DNA of 60,578 nucleotides, counting the filler, from Sphacelaria rigidula (lineage: Eukaryota), in NCBI GenBank assembly GCA_964200075.2. It is 6 parts of 6 records of this genome, joined end to end, with 100 filler letters (N's around TTAATTAATTAA, not from the genome) between each part and the next. Parts side by side here need not be neighbours in the genome. Positions count along the whole stretch, not along the records: positions 20,231 to 30,244 come from CAXNAA020007321.1; positions 30,345 to 40,356 come from CAXNAA020007322.1; 4 more parts are not named here. One strand, 5' to 3'. Of the stretch, positions 21,429 to 35,054 are shown in pieces. Position 1 is the stretch's first letter; each line of letters starts with the position of its first letter. The notes under the pieces are model-generated. The model was given only the letters and a program-made list of their open reading frames with translations. It was not told the DNA's origin and ran no database searches. Made by a program: the position numbers and the translations under genes.

Positions 21429-23949
21429 GAACGTGACACAAGATAGCTCAACATAATATCTCATGAACAATTGATGAGAATGCAATAAAATGGCGCATGT
21501 TTTGCACTTGCAGTATCACAGACTGTACGCTTCACGCACCTGGAAAGGGGATAGCGTGATGCCCGTCATGGATGTCCCGTATCTCCTGTTGATGTGGCGA
21601 GAAGATCCACCAATGCCGCACCCTAGCAATCGCCATTGCCCACACAATCATATGCACGACATTTTGGACGTCATGCTCCAGTAAGCATAGTATTATACTT
21701 CCCACGTTTCGCACTGTATGCATGTAGTTCCCGCGAACACAAATCGTTTTTCACACCCACAAACGAAAATATAGACGGTCAAGATCGAGGAACATGTGCG
21801 GCTGGCCCTGGAACGTCGTCGTGTTCCACCGTAATGGCATGTACAGCATTGTGGATGTCATGCCCCATCATTCGTTGTGTTCCATGCCAATCCTTCCGAA
21901 TCGCATGAAGATTTCGGCAATAACCACAAAGATCGTTTTCCACACAAATGTTTATTGCAGACGGCTAAAATATGTCAACATTCTACAGCATCCCGACCAT
22001 CGTCATTATCCACACAGGCCATGTGTACGATATTGCGAACATCATCCTCCACGTATCGTAAGCATGCTGTTTTATATGAGACTGCGGGTGTTTCGCACCT
22101 TATGCCCTTCCGCAACTCTAACTCGTATTTTACACACACACACAAATTACGAATGACCGAGCCCGGTGAGCGATTTGTCGCACCCCAACAACCGCGCTGT
22201 ACACATACACTATACGATACCACGACCCGTTGGTCAAACTCGTGAAGTCGATCCGCCAGTTAAAGGAGATGGAGTAATGGGTTCGAACGCGGCGTAATTT
22301 ACTGCCTTCCGTCGTGGGAAGCATGGAAACGTGGGTCAACGAAGCAATCGATCAAAAGTTGATCGGCTGCGGGAGTGGTTGCTGTCAGTATCTAATGCCC
22401 GATAACAAAGTGCGAGGCAGGTCTATACCCGGAGAAGCGTGGGTTCATCGATTTCGCGAGACTACGGCTTCGTCTCGAGCAAGGGCAGGGTTTGCACGTA
22501 TGGCGAGGAAAAACAGAGAGAGAGCGTTGTTAAAAGTATTATAACTCCGCGGACACACGAAATATTGCAAAGTGACCATTTTTATTTACCGTTTCGCATG
22601 TCTTGTCTGACTACGGCCAGATTCGCAGCCGAACAGTGAATGTGCGGCGAGGAATCACATCAAGAGTCAAGTCATGATCCATGCCACATGATCCATACTA
22701 CCTTTAAACGAGATACGAGCATCTTCAACAAAGGAAGTAACACCGTCCAATCGCGGGTCTGAGCGATACAAAACCATATGCGTTGATGATGGTTGCGTTG
22801 ATAAGGATGCTGAATCTCCCTAACGCCAGGAAAACAAGGTCCGTTATGATTTGAAACAATACATGGCACGAAACGATCATCGTGTTGTACATAGCACGAA
22901 AAGATTGAACAGTGATCGGAATTTTGAATATTCTTTCCTGAAACAGTACAACGTACGGTATCTTCTAGCTCCCATTTTAGAAAATGACCTACCAACATCC
23001 ACTCCTGTCTTCGGAGCATTTCCCCCCTCTTCGACGCCCGCCCATTCCAAAGCCCTGTTGATCATGAACCGCTGCGCCGCTCTGCTCACATCCGGCAAGC
23101 GTCATTATCCAAAATGAGAGTGCAAAGGTACGAAGATCCAGCCAAGGACACAAAATGATAAGGGTACGAAGTCGTGTGGTCCTCGTCAAGTGAAATTTAA
23201 TGCCGACTGAACGACGACAACGATGAATCACGAACGCGCCAGCAGTACACGAAGACATCCACACGTTTTTCAACCCATCGTGCTTTCACGGGACGCCCTT
23301 GCATGCGGTCTCGTATCGGGTCAGCGCTAACTGAGGAGTAGCTGAAGGATTTCCGGCCGTGCCCACCACCACCCGACAGTCTCGCGGTTAACTCCAGGAG
23401 AAGTCATTTTGGCTTTATATGTCTGTCTGTTGACGATTTCCCCTGAGCTCCCATGTTCAACTGGCGTCCATCTATGCACACGCTATGGCTTATTGTTCAC
23501 CATTGAAGGTATGAACTCGTTCCACCCAATCGTGGAGCAACTAGCATGAGCACTAAACAGGTTTGAGCAGTAGCTGTACCCGCGCGAAAATAACAGCGAA
23601 GGAAACGCACTCTTGTAACGCTAACTGAGAGCCGTGCAGACCTACACTATCTGAATCTATCCTGCTCACAAACAACCAAGGAGGGGAAATCCAAGCCTAG
23701 TCAGAGCAGCTTTTATCGAAAACAAAACGGAACAAAAAGCATCCTGCATCGCCGGTGATGACATCGTCAAATGTCGGCCGATCAATAGGGCGAAACCTCG
23801 AAGAACAGCGCGTGCAAAGAGATTGTTCTCGACACCACGTGTGCAACGCCACACGTGCCGATGCCATCGCTACCCTAGTCTCGGGGGACCAAATCGAAGT
23901 CGAAGATTCGACCGCCGGGAACTGGTGAAACTCCTGTGGCCCATAGTAC

Positions 23950-24062
23950 TTGTTGTTGTTGTTGTTGTTGTTGTTGTCTTCAAATTAAATACCGCTCCGA
24001 TATCTGCGTAGTACTGTACTGAGTATCTGATGCGGACGCCTTCCGTGGTCACAGGCTAACGA
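23950..24062 (-). mobile_element. Retroelement family G 3' terminus with (CAA)n tail
   Basis: Minus strand TTAGCCTGTGACCACGGAAGGCGTCCGCATCAGATAC...TTTGAAGA(CAA)n; short tandem tails are typical of RTE-type retroposons. Confidence 0.65.
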
Positions 24063-25599
24063 CCCCAAAACAGGGTGAACTAAAATCGAAAAGTGAAATA
24101 GGATTCGTCAAAATCCATACAGACGCGATACAGTAAAAAAAAAATGCAACTCACTTGTGATCTTCAATGTTTTTCGGTTTGAATCCCTCAACGTAGTAGC
24201 CGTGGTGCATGTGCTCCCCCCATATATCCTCCCATACAGTGGAAGACTTGTCGTAGAAAGAGGCAATACCTTCCTTTAGCTCTCCGTCGCTGTTCCGGCC
24301 GTCGGTAACAACGACGCGCGCGCAATGAGCAGGAAAATGGAGAGCCGCACAGAAACATAGACATAGAACGAGGAGGTGAAGACAAAAAAATTAAGGGAAA
24401 TTTACATTTTCGCCCAGGTCTTCATGTGCAAGATGTCAGTCGGACGCTTATTGTACCCCTAAAGAGTTGTTCCACGAGCTGCAGTAAGCATCACATTGCC
24501 GCCGCCTGACGGAGCCAGAGAACAGAAAAATCCTCGTACCATGCAGCCACCACCAACAGCACAAATGACTAACTGTGGGCTGCCTGTTTCTATGAGACAT
24601 CAAATCTCCGGGCTGTGACCACGGCATACAGTTAGGACCCCAATTAAGATTATCGTCTCGCATATTTCGTTGGCCATCACAACCAACTGGCTACACAACA
24701 AACCCCTCGAGTAATAGACACCATCACATGCGTGCATAATAAAGACGGGTCAAGCGGTGGAGCCCGTACTCTTGAAACAGCAGTAGTATTGTTCGAGGAA
24801 ACCTAACAAGACCACGGCATCGGAGTCCTCCAACTTGAGCGTCCCTTGTACCTTTGCCCCCGGATCGAAAGAACCGGGTACAATCCTGAGCGCTTTACGT
24901 ATCTGCGACATGTTTTTCTTCCTGGCAGAGGATTCATGATGTCTTCGCCAGAAAAATCTCGATCTAACGACCAACTTTCGAGCAGTGCAATTTTTTGTGA
25001 GAAAAATCGAAGTCTTATTTATAGAGTGTCGTTTTACCTTTTGGTCGCCAAGAGGTCATTTCAAGTCTACGTACTACGCCACTACGAACCTTTTCCGGCT
25101 TGAACATGAACTCTTCCGGTACTGCGCACCTTTACGGCGACGAATTCTCTTCTATTTACAGTCATGTGTGTGTCGTAAAAATGGTCGACATTTTCCTTCT
25201 TTTACCATGTTATTATTCGACCGAAACAGAGTATTCTCAGACCCGCGCCTGGGCGGAAGAGGTGGGAATTACTTTCATGGTTGACGGTATCGGTGGATCT
25301 TGTATATGCACACCAGCACGTCAGCAGAGATAGGCTACAAAACACTACAGCAGTACATGTGCAGTTTCAGGCGGCAGTCTCCTTCAAGCGTAGAGTGCTG
25401 CACGCTCGCCATCGTCATTACGCAGCAAGCAGGATACAGACTATACCATCATAGCAACCCACAAAACCTGCAGATGACACCATACCGTACCGATGGGACT
25501 GCAGCGCTTTGGTTTCTCGTGATACCAACCTATATGCTGAAGCTGTGAGCTGTGACCAATGAGACGCGACACCGACAATTACTTTTTTTCCCTTCCGGA

Positions 25600-26440
25600 A
25601 CTATTTCGAACATGCCAACATCTCTTCCTTGGGCCATCAACGACTCGTCGTCTTTGCACCGGCGATGCGATAGTTCAACACATCCAGAACACGTGCATGA
25701 ACTACGACAAACATGCGGCCGAGCACTCGCTGTCGAAACCAGCGATTAATTTGTCCCAGAGGGGGTCAATAGACAAGCATCCACTCGCATGACTCGCAGC
25801 ATGTGCATGATTTGACAAATGAAACATGCACAGCCTAGAGCAAACATTCGTTGTGCGTTGACTCGATTGAAGTTGCTGAGCGTGTAGACAGCACAAACAC
25901 AGCTTTCGCGGACCATCTACACCCCACACGAAGCTACAAGGTGTGCAACAGAGCACGCCTGGAGCGCGTTCCAAGGTCGGAGATCGGCGGGAGCGCTTGC
26001 TCGTATGGTCGTTGTTGCCACGCAGCATGAGAAGTACGGTGCGATACAGAAGAGGGTCTCAAGATTTTCCATGCCATAGTGTATGAGCGCACGGTGCTCA
26101 GGATCATCACACAACTGCGACGTGCTGCACAAGGAAACTGTGGCCATTGAAATTGGCGGGTCGTAGCGTGGGGCTTTTATACGACTGTAGAACCGGCGAT
26201 CGTTATCCATGACGGAAATTCGTTGTGCTTCCCCCGAGAGTGCTACTATTGGACAAAGCTGACCCGAGCACAGCGGGGTGGCCACTTTGCACGTGCACCC
26301 TACATGGCTGTAGAGGGCTGTGACACCGTCTTCGTTCATACGTAACCACGGGCACCTGTGACTAATGAAGCGTCTGACCCGAGGATAGGAGAGGACAGTT
26401 TTCGACAGTGTTGACGCACAAATTCCTCCTGTAGTCAAGA
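25600..26440 (-). pseudogene. Possible decayed KDZ/CxC-type transposase remnant
   Basis: Overlapping minus-strand ORFs give GMENLETLF, VWGVDGPRKL, CMFHLSNH..C and AGFDSEC, in the order of the KDZ ES / YD..C.L / DxFHxxNH..C / NSxxxEQ motifs; heavily degenerate. Confidence 0.25.
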
Positions 26441-29400
26441 TCTGGATATCTTTGCAGGCAAGTGATTGAATGACGGTTGGAAATTGACACTAGTTCGAAG
26501 GATGACGAGAAACGGCGTGGGGTTGAATGCTCTTGGAAAATGACGCTGATTCTCCACCTGCGATCGACCTTTCCACCGCGAATGCGCTGCCACGCGTTCT
26601 TAACGGATTTCCGCATGCCCATCCTTAACTCCGTGCTGCTTCCTCCGCCGTTCACGTCATTTGGCTCGCTGCCCTGTTTCGTTTTTCGGCACAACAAAGA
26701 CAACCATAGCAGCGGTGCAAAGCCGAGGACCAACGAGAAGAAAAACGTAAACAATCGATCAGTTTTTAGGCGAGCAAAAACTCACGTACACAGTGATACC
26801 TCTGTGTGTGGCGGTTTTTGTTTTTCAGGAAGCAGGGCCGGACCCTGTCATTTGTTCAAGCATTCCCCTCACAGCGTCTCGAAACACTGACATGCTTTTT
26901 GGTTCACGTGAGGGGTCGGCCTCTGAATGATTAACTGGCCAATCAAAAGTGGCTACGGTAGACCACAGGCGTACTCGGGAATATACAGGTATGATTTTTT
27001 GGACATCTCTTCCGGCATTGTTTTTTGTTCCTTGAAAACACCCTGTCATGCGATTTCGCTTCTGTACGGTAGTGGCGGTAGCGATAATCGGGGTGCGCGC
27101 ATGTAGTCGTCCATCGACTGTATGCCTTCATTTAAAATAAATCTGGGACTGTTTCATGTGCCCGCTTCTTTTTGGCGTGACGTACACATTCCTGAAAAAT
27201 ACCTGTTGTGGTCGGTTCGGCGTCGAATTTCGCCCGAAAAAGACGCTTGGATTGTGATCCCGCGGATTTTTTTTCGTGTTTTCTGCGAAAGGGTCCCAGC
27301 ACACTCCTGTGCGATCTTTTGTACACGCCGATTATAGTGTCACTCTTGACCAGACTAGCGAAGTCTCATACGGACCCAAAAACTCCTTTGAGTTCTCCCG
27401 AGAAAACTCATGGAAACTTCGCAAGAATATGATCATTTCAGTACCGTTTACGCGAGTTCGTCGTCAAAATAGGCGACTTTTGATTCGCTGGGATGGAGTA
27501 TGTCCCGGTGGTATACAGCTCACCAACACACCAACAGTTCGCAGGCAGATGGAGAAAAATGTGGTGGGTTTGGATGCCAACAGGAACGTCTACTTGATCC
27601 TGTTGATCACCAAGGGCTTGGAATCTGAATCTTCGTGGAAGGAGCGACCGTACACAAGAACCAATGCAGTACACCAAGCGTCTTACTCGCATACATGTAC
27701 TCAAGTGGATAGCTTCGGGGAACAGGGGTCTACCAGAATATGTTTTCCCAGTCGAAGACGTGAGCGACGTCGGTAGCAATAAATATACAATATTGACGAA
27801 AGCCCACGCGGGGGGCACTGGTCCATTCCGCGATGCCAAAGGTTAGGCACGGGCCGGGGGAGAGGTGATTTTATCCGTCGGGACTACGGACGAAGAATAG
27901 AGAGAGGGCTCAAGTGTAACAGGAAGACAAAAAAACGGCGTATGGACGCCGACTTTCGAGCCTGGAGGAGGTTTCGAAACTCCAAGCGCTCTCTCTCCCA
28001 ACGTACACTTTGCCCATGACACTACTTACATGCGCCTCGCTTGCCCAGGGGTTTCGGTCTGGCTGGGGTTGGTGTTGGGCTGGGTTGGGCTGGGTTGGAT
28101 TAGGATGATGGAGTGGTCACCGGTGGCAGACGTATTCTACTTAGCTGGCGAGTAATAAAACTTTAGGTGATTCAAATTCATATACGCGTGGGGACGGAGG
28201 AAGTAGATCCGTCCTGGATTACAGGTGGGCCGTGACAGCGAACACTTCGTGCGGCCCAATGTGACCGCCAATGACGCCTGCACTCACATGTTTCAATACA
28301 AGTGTACGGACAGTAGCACAGGACCCCAACGCACAGAACCAACCAGAGTGCTGCAGCAGCGGGCAGCGCCTTTTCGTTCGTTTAACGAAAGACGAAACAT
28401 TCAACACAACACGAAGTTGGCAACAGTGTGCAGACAGCACTGCGTGCCGATTAACACTATTTTCTACAGAGCCGAACACAACAACAATGTCGCAGCTCAG
28501 GCAATCCAAAGCGCCTTCAAAATGCCCAGACACACCACAGTACAGTGATAGCTCCAGCACACCAGAGACGGCGGGAGCGTGTTTATGCTGCGGTAAATTG
28601 AAACATGTTTATGGGAGGTCTGCCATGTGTGCGGGTTTCGCCCGCTAGTTTACTTGAGCAAATTCTCTCCCGATACATTTTCAATTGGCCATATTCCCCC
28701 GTCAAGTGAGACCGCAACAACACTGTTAAGCGGTCACAGTAGTGTTCAACAGATTACTTGGTTTGTTCCACCGACCGCAACTCTCCGTGGTATCCCGTTC
28801 CCCAGTCTCGTGACCAGCCTCGAGCGTTGTACGACGCCGGCTTTTAAGTTAACTTCGATACCCTACAAATGGGCATATGACGTGTAGCATCATGATAACA
28901 TGAGAACATTTCCGCAAACGCCGAACGAATATGGGCAGCTACTACAGGTAGGCGCGAGCTCAAACGAGGTCTGTACTGAAGACAGTACAATACAGCGCAG
29001 TACAGTACAGCATGGGAATTGTCGGGTAAACCCGGCATGCTTTATCCACCCTCACATAGAAAATCGTGTCAAGACGAGCGAACTTCACTCCCAGGTTCTG
29101 CATGACTTACAGCAAGGATGCATGTAGAGAAACCCGAGATGCGTTTGGTAAAAATAGTATTATTGCGAGTAAACGAAGCGCGCGGTTTGCAGCTGGCCTT
29201 AGTGTACGGTATATAACACCCCTTAGATACAGCATTTTCACTTCCATACTCTCGACAGGGAAGGTCTTTTGTCGCTACCTCCCCCGTTGATGTATGTATA
29301 TATATATATCGGTATAATACTTCCGAAAGGCAAGTTTTCAGTGTCAGTAGTACTGCAGTCTTGGGAAACATCAATATTGTAACGAGTGCCAGCCTTGCGG

Positions 29401-30244
29401 GTGTTATACCCCGTCACCGTAAGCACCTCATGACAGCCGTCAAGACGATGGTCGGGTGTATCAGTCAACGGGTGCAATGTTTTCTAGCACGAATGAGAAA
29501 ATCAGTAGAACAAACTTTGCAATAACATCCTCAGCAGAAACCTTTCGGCAGGTCTGGTTGCCGCAGCTGTTGATCGTGATGAAGTCGAGGCTGGAAAATG
29601 TGCAGCGAACGGGTGTTACACACCGTCACTGCCTCTTACAATGCAGGCGGGGACGGAACTCTTAATTACAATGATGGTATCATGAGTAGTCTATATCGTT
29701 CTTTTTTTGTTGGACAAGAACATAGTTATGTTTCACACCTTGCCCCTCAGTAGAGGAAGCCCCGAAGGAGATACGAAGGCATCAGCAGGGAGGAATACGA
29801 CCAAGCTTGCCCATACCAAGAGATCCACATTTGGCTTCATGCTGGTGTGAGTGTGGAGGAAGGATACCAGCGTCGACTAAACGCCTTGAAACACGCCGTT
29901 TGAATTAATCCACAGACTGCATATCGATGACGTATTGGTTCGGTAAAATAATCAAAATTCAATTTAATTCATTAATGTAGCAGATGAGACCGTGGAGTCG
30001 AAAGTTGAGCGTAAGGCCCTTGCCTATGTACCGTGGAGCACTAGCGTGTATTCTTCAGTGCAATACAGCAGTGCAATCGGTAATCATCCGTGCCGAAGAC
30101 TTCAATCCTTTACGCTTTCACTTCGTGGGTCGGAGATCTGGGTCTTACAGTCATTTTCCATGTCCCGCACATTCTGCAAGCCAAGGGGCCCTACAGACTG
30201 GAAACCGGTGTTCACCCCCCCAATTTCCCGAAAACCTCATTCTG

Positions 30245-30344
30245 NNNNNNNNNNNNNNNNNNNNNNNNNNNNNNNNNNNNNNNNNNNNTTAATTAATTAA
30301 NNNNNNNNNNNNNNNNNNNNNNNNNNNNNNNNNNNNNNNNNNNN
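30245..30344. other. Artificial contig linker
   Basis: N44-TTAATTAATTAA-N44. Confidence 0.98.
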
Positions 30345-30696
30345 GAAGATTTTAATCCTCCGGGTTCTCATCCTCAATGAAGAGCACCATCCTCAACATA
30401 GACGATCGGCTGTTGTGAGATAAGGAGCTACTAACAATTCTAACCTCAGAAATTATTTCTGTACCCCTACCGTAGCATCACTCTGTACTGCACAAGTATA
30501 GGTCTATTATTGCAATTATTGCCGGCCGACAATAATAGTCGCAATAATGGGGCTATAGTTTATGCATTGTTTTTCTTGTCTACATTGCAACTACTGACCA
30601 TTTTGCCCAAGGTGTGAAATTTTCAGAGGCATACTCCAAAAACCGACGAGAGGTTTTGCGCATGAGTGCACCGATTTGTACCGTTCCCAGTACAAC

Positions 30697-30910
30697 CTCG
30701 TTGCGCCAAGTTGGCAGGGTGTTTTAGTGCGGGTTCGACCCCCACACTGCCGTGAGCAATAAAGCTATGTATCCGAAATGCTCGAGGCGCCTACCCCACA
30801 TGACTGCCGTGAGGCGGTCTAGCCGAGCCCCTGCGTGATTGGCGCACGGACCCCTTCGAGGGGTAAGTTTCGGTTGATGTTCCCTTCTTGCTCCCTTTAA
30901 AAAGAAGAAG
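30697..30910 (+). mobile_element. tRNA-derived SINE family H with structured 3' tail
   Basis: A-box-like TTGCGCCAAGTTGG, B-box GGTTCGACCCC, tail shared with 13996-14125, A-rich end. Confidence 0.65.
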
Positions 30911-30944
30911 TCTCAATCTTTCGTTTCCCCACACCTTCCTGTCC

Positions 30945-31391
30945 AAACACGGGATTTTACAAAATAAACCGGGGATGGATTTTTCCATTGAGGAATGAGA
31001 AGCCCGGAGAATTAAAATCTTCGTATCCACTCCAATTTTTCGAGATATGGTTCCATTTCTTCTCTCTATTGACAACTACTACACGCTATACAAATTTAGA
31101 TTCCGATAAACCGAAATGTTGGGGTCCTGGGTGAAAAACCAATCGGGGGGGAATTCCGGCGATCTGATCGGATAATCCAAATTGCTCAAAAAAAAATCTT
31201 CACCTAGGACCCCAACATGTCGGTTATCAGGATCCAAAGTTGTATGGCGTGCGTAGTAGTTGTCAATAGCTACCAGTAGGTGAAGACGTGGAACTACATT
31301 TCGAAGATTTGATGTGGATACGAAGGTCTTAATTCTCCGGGTTCTCATCCTCAATAAAAAATCCATCCCCATTTCCTAAAATCCTGTGTTT
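30945..31391. mobile_element. Foldback-type MITE (family I), inverted arms of about 200 bp
   Basis: AAACACGGGATTTTA...TAAAATCCTGTGTTT; arms mirror each other almost to the centre; homologues at 51114-51543 and 30345-30395. Confidence 0.8.
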
Positions 31392-31859
31392 CAAGCTCTC
31401 CCAATCCCTGTCACTGAATGCGCCGTTGTAGCTCACTACAGACGGAGCACCCTGCTGCCGGCAGAGAGACCAGGGCTCAAACCCCTCGGCGCGTATGCAT
31501 TGTGTACTGTAATATCTTCGTTTTCATCTGCAATGAATGATTGGTAATGGTAATACACGTCGGACAGGTCATGATCCGTCTGAAAAGGACTTCTCCTCAG
31601 TATACTGATCCGGATCATGGGATCCGCATCATGTGGCCCCCCTTTTCTTTGTTTGCTCCTTACAGCGCCGGACGCTGAGCACGCCGAGTAGCGCAAAGGT
31701 TGCGCTTTGGCTTTTCTGACTCCGCGGTCACATATTTTGTGGTTTTGGACCAACGTATTCGAGAGTCTTCTTTGATTACTTGTTTCAGACGGATCATGAT
31801 ATGCCCGACGTGTGAATGATGACAAGAAACAACGTTTTCGTGAGATTGAGAGGAGGGCG

Positions 31860-32740
31860 TGGATTGAGAGTGGCTTCCATCATTCGCTTTGACTTGACGA
31901 TTTTGTCATTTCGTGTGTGCTTTGCTTTGCCTATATCACTGGCGTGTGCCTACAGCTACACGTCGATATCCTACTCAGGGATATCAAGGGCTTCGTTCGG
32001 TGGCAAGCTACTACAGAAAACATATCGGGCCGGGGGGGGCATTTCGGAACTGAAACGATTGATTGACGAATTTCCCGCTTTCAACTCTCATTCGTATCCT
32101 CTACTCTAAATCTCACGAAAACATTGTTAACAGCTGCTATATACTTCGGGGATCAGGCACTACTACAGTTGTTGTAAGGATGTGCGAGGATCAATCAAAC
32201 CAGTCCATCAATCGAAACAAATATCGACACATCAACTGCGCCAGTCTGCCTAATACGTGGAAGAAAAAGACCCTGAAAGATGTATATGACTTGTCAAATA
32301 GGTCGCTATCGATCTGAGTCAGCGGAGAGCAGCGGTAAGCGAGGGCGACGACCAACAACACCGAAGATAAGAAAATACCGATGAGCAGCACGTCCAGGAT
32401 TGGCACCCGATGACACTTCCACGGTGAACAATGTTTTCGTGACATCAAGAGTATTTATTGCCTTGATTGAGAGTGAGTTTTGTCATTCGCTGTAACTTCG
32501 GCATTTTTTCTTTTCTTGTGTGTTCTTTTCTTTGCCTGTAACATTGCCGTGTGCTTACAGCTACACGTCGGTATCCTGCTCAGGGAAAGGCTTGAGTGGC
32601 AATCTACTACAGAAGGCGTATCCGGGCTCCCATAACGCTCGGAGGGGCATTTCGGAACTGAAACTATTTCATTAATTCATTGAACGCTTCTCACCCTCAA
32701 CCGTATCCTGGACTCTTAATGTCACGAAAACATTTGTTGT
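31860..32740. repeat. Diverged direct duplication (about 31860-32130 and 32465-32740)
   Basis: Shared TACAGCTACACGTCG.TATCCT.CTCAGGGA, GGGGCATTTCGGAACTGAAAC and TCACGAAAACATT. Confidence 0.75.
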
Positions 32741-34371
32741 GTTACAGCACAAGAGTTTGCAGTACCACCACCGGAGAAAACCCCCAATCGAACGAGGGGT
32801 ACTCTGTTCGTTCCCTACCATATGCTCTCATCTGTTCCTCTTATCGACGCTTCCTTAAGAGATGCGGCAACTTATACTGCAGGTTCGAGCTCTCCACAGC
32901 ACCTAGATATTACACGCATCACATTTTTATCGCTATTCAGTGTGTTGTCAGGACACGCGGTAGAAATAAAGGGGGGGAAAGGCCACGCACCACCACACCA
33001 CACTACTTCTATCAAGAGTGTCTGTCTGGAACTAGCTCGGACTAAATCAAATGGATAAGAGGCGCGACAAAAAAGTAGAGGAAGAAACGCATGCACGCAC
33101 ACAAATACATTCCGTGCCCTCTCTCTGCCGTCTTTCCTCACCAGCGTCATCAGCCAGAGCCAACTCAAGTGTCCCCAAAAAACTTGAAGGAAAAAAGCGG
33201 CAAAGGGGGGGCGGCAGTAAAAATCTTGCCCCTGGATTTTTGCTGGCTTTCCCGATCATGGTTATCAACCACTATGTCTCCAAAAACTTGAAAAATGGAA
33301 CACATATGCCCACACGAAAACACAGTTCATACCGCCCCTTCGGACAACTTGATCAGTGAATCATGAGCTGCCTGCCCCATTTGTGGTCCTGGTAAACGAA
33401 AAACCCCAAACCAATAAAAACCAGCCCTTCAATGAAGCTCATTTATCGAACAGCCAATAAAACCTCCCACCCCTTCCCCCCCTTCCCCCCAAAGTGGGAC
33501 AAATGGCACAAATATTTTTTTCAAGTAACTCATTTTTAATTGTTGCACATCCCTCGATTGCCCTTTAGGCAATACTGCCATTTTTCAATTTTCAACACGA
33601 TCAATCGATCGCATTCGACTGGCAAACAGACTCCCTCCGACCACTCCAACTATAACGATGGCAATACAGTACTTGTCCAGGCGACAAAAAAATGGGTAAG
33701 TCACAATAGGAACAACGATACATGTATGTAATTGTATATGCATATGTATTTACAGTAGCAGTAGCAATGAACCGGGTAGGATTCAACGAGACTATAGCTG
33801 ACTGCGGCTTTTGCACCCACACGAGGGCGCAAGCCCAATCGCAATTGAAGTCATTATTCATAAGATGAAGACCTATACACATATATATCGTATTAAAAAA
33901 AAAAATGACAGCAACACTGGCGATTTTGGAAGAGCGTGAACCATGGTGCACCCCTCGCTCCAAAAACAGACCATTGAAGTATCCTTTTTCAGGCGGCAGA
34001 CTTGCACCCAACCGTATCCAAACTTCACAAAAATTCCCTCCAACACGATCACATGCGTGATATCCCAGCCAAATCCACGTACTGTAGTACGCCTGGGGTC
34101 CTACGGCTACACTTGCGCAAAATTAACTCGTTCGTCACCACCACTACAGGCTAGCACTCTTCCACATCTCGAAACCCGAACAAACACAGTGACGCGCTGT
34201 GAAGTATGACACAGCACGGTACACCCCACACGTACAAGCGCAACAACGCCTCGTACATACAGCGACATGCATGTTTTTCCACAGAGCAAGCCGGCGGGTT
34301 TTGGTGACCGTATACGGCGGGTGACGAGGTGATTATGGTGGACGCCTCCAACTCGTCTTCTCTGTGTCAGG

Positions 34372-34678
34372 TACTGATTGACTGCTGAGCTAACCAGCCA
34401 GCGCTGGTTGATTAGCTCAGCAGTTAACCAGTATCAAACTAAAGTCATATTCGGTGGGTTCGTCGCATGACCCCCAGTACTCACACGCCACCCCTGTAAC
34501 TACCGCTGATAACGTCGACCAGTCGACCACAACTGTCTGCGACGTCCAAGTTTTGAAGCCTTTCGACCGCACTCTCGGCGCTCATTAATCGAAGGACATT
34601 TTCTCGCTTGCACGTGGATCCAAATCCCCAGAACCTGGCTTTAGATAATAATATAATACGCTCAGCAGTCAACCAGTA
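34372..34678. mobile_element. TA-flanked MITE remnant: 62-bp palindrome plus a third terminus copy
   Basis: TACTGATTGACTGCTGAGC...GCTCAGCAGTTAACCAGTA (34372-34433) and GCTCAGCAGTCAACCAGTA (34660-34678). Confidence 0.6.
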
Positions 34679-35054
34679 TCCAACGGGGAGCAATTAAGTG
34701 TAGCTGATTGTAGCTCTCACTGCTTGTGACGTGCGTGCGTACCATGAACACACAACTCTGCAGTTCCTACAACGCCTAGGCCACCCATACCAAAGCAGGG
34801 GCGACAAACAACACAACAGCACGAACTACACGCAGAGAGAAGAAGCCTACTCCGTCACAGCAAACGCAACAAAACTTGATAACATCCCCCCACGTGATAT
34901 TTTGAGTTCAACAGTTACGGCATCCCAATCCGCACTACTCTCTTTCACGCCTGGAGCCTCCTGAAAGAAGGCAGCAACACGATGGTGTTTCGTAATGAAT
35001 GGTTGGCGTATCCACGTCGTTCTCCTAATTATTATTTCGTGTGTACGTCTTCTT

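Noticed and set aside
27545..27841. Exon bounded by cgcag| and AAAG|gttagg
   Set aside because: All three frames contain stops across the interval and there is no recognisable homology
30824..30866. Group II intron domain V look-alike (GAGCC..TGCG..CGCACG..TTCGAGGGG)
   Set aside because: The basal stem does not pair (GAGCCC against CCCTTC), the second copy has AAC instead of the AGC triad, and no other intron domains are seen
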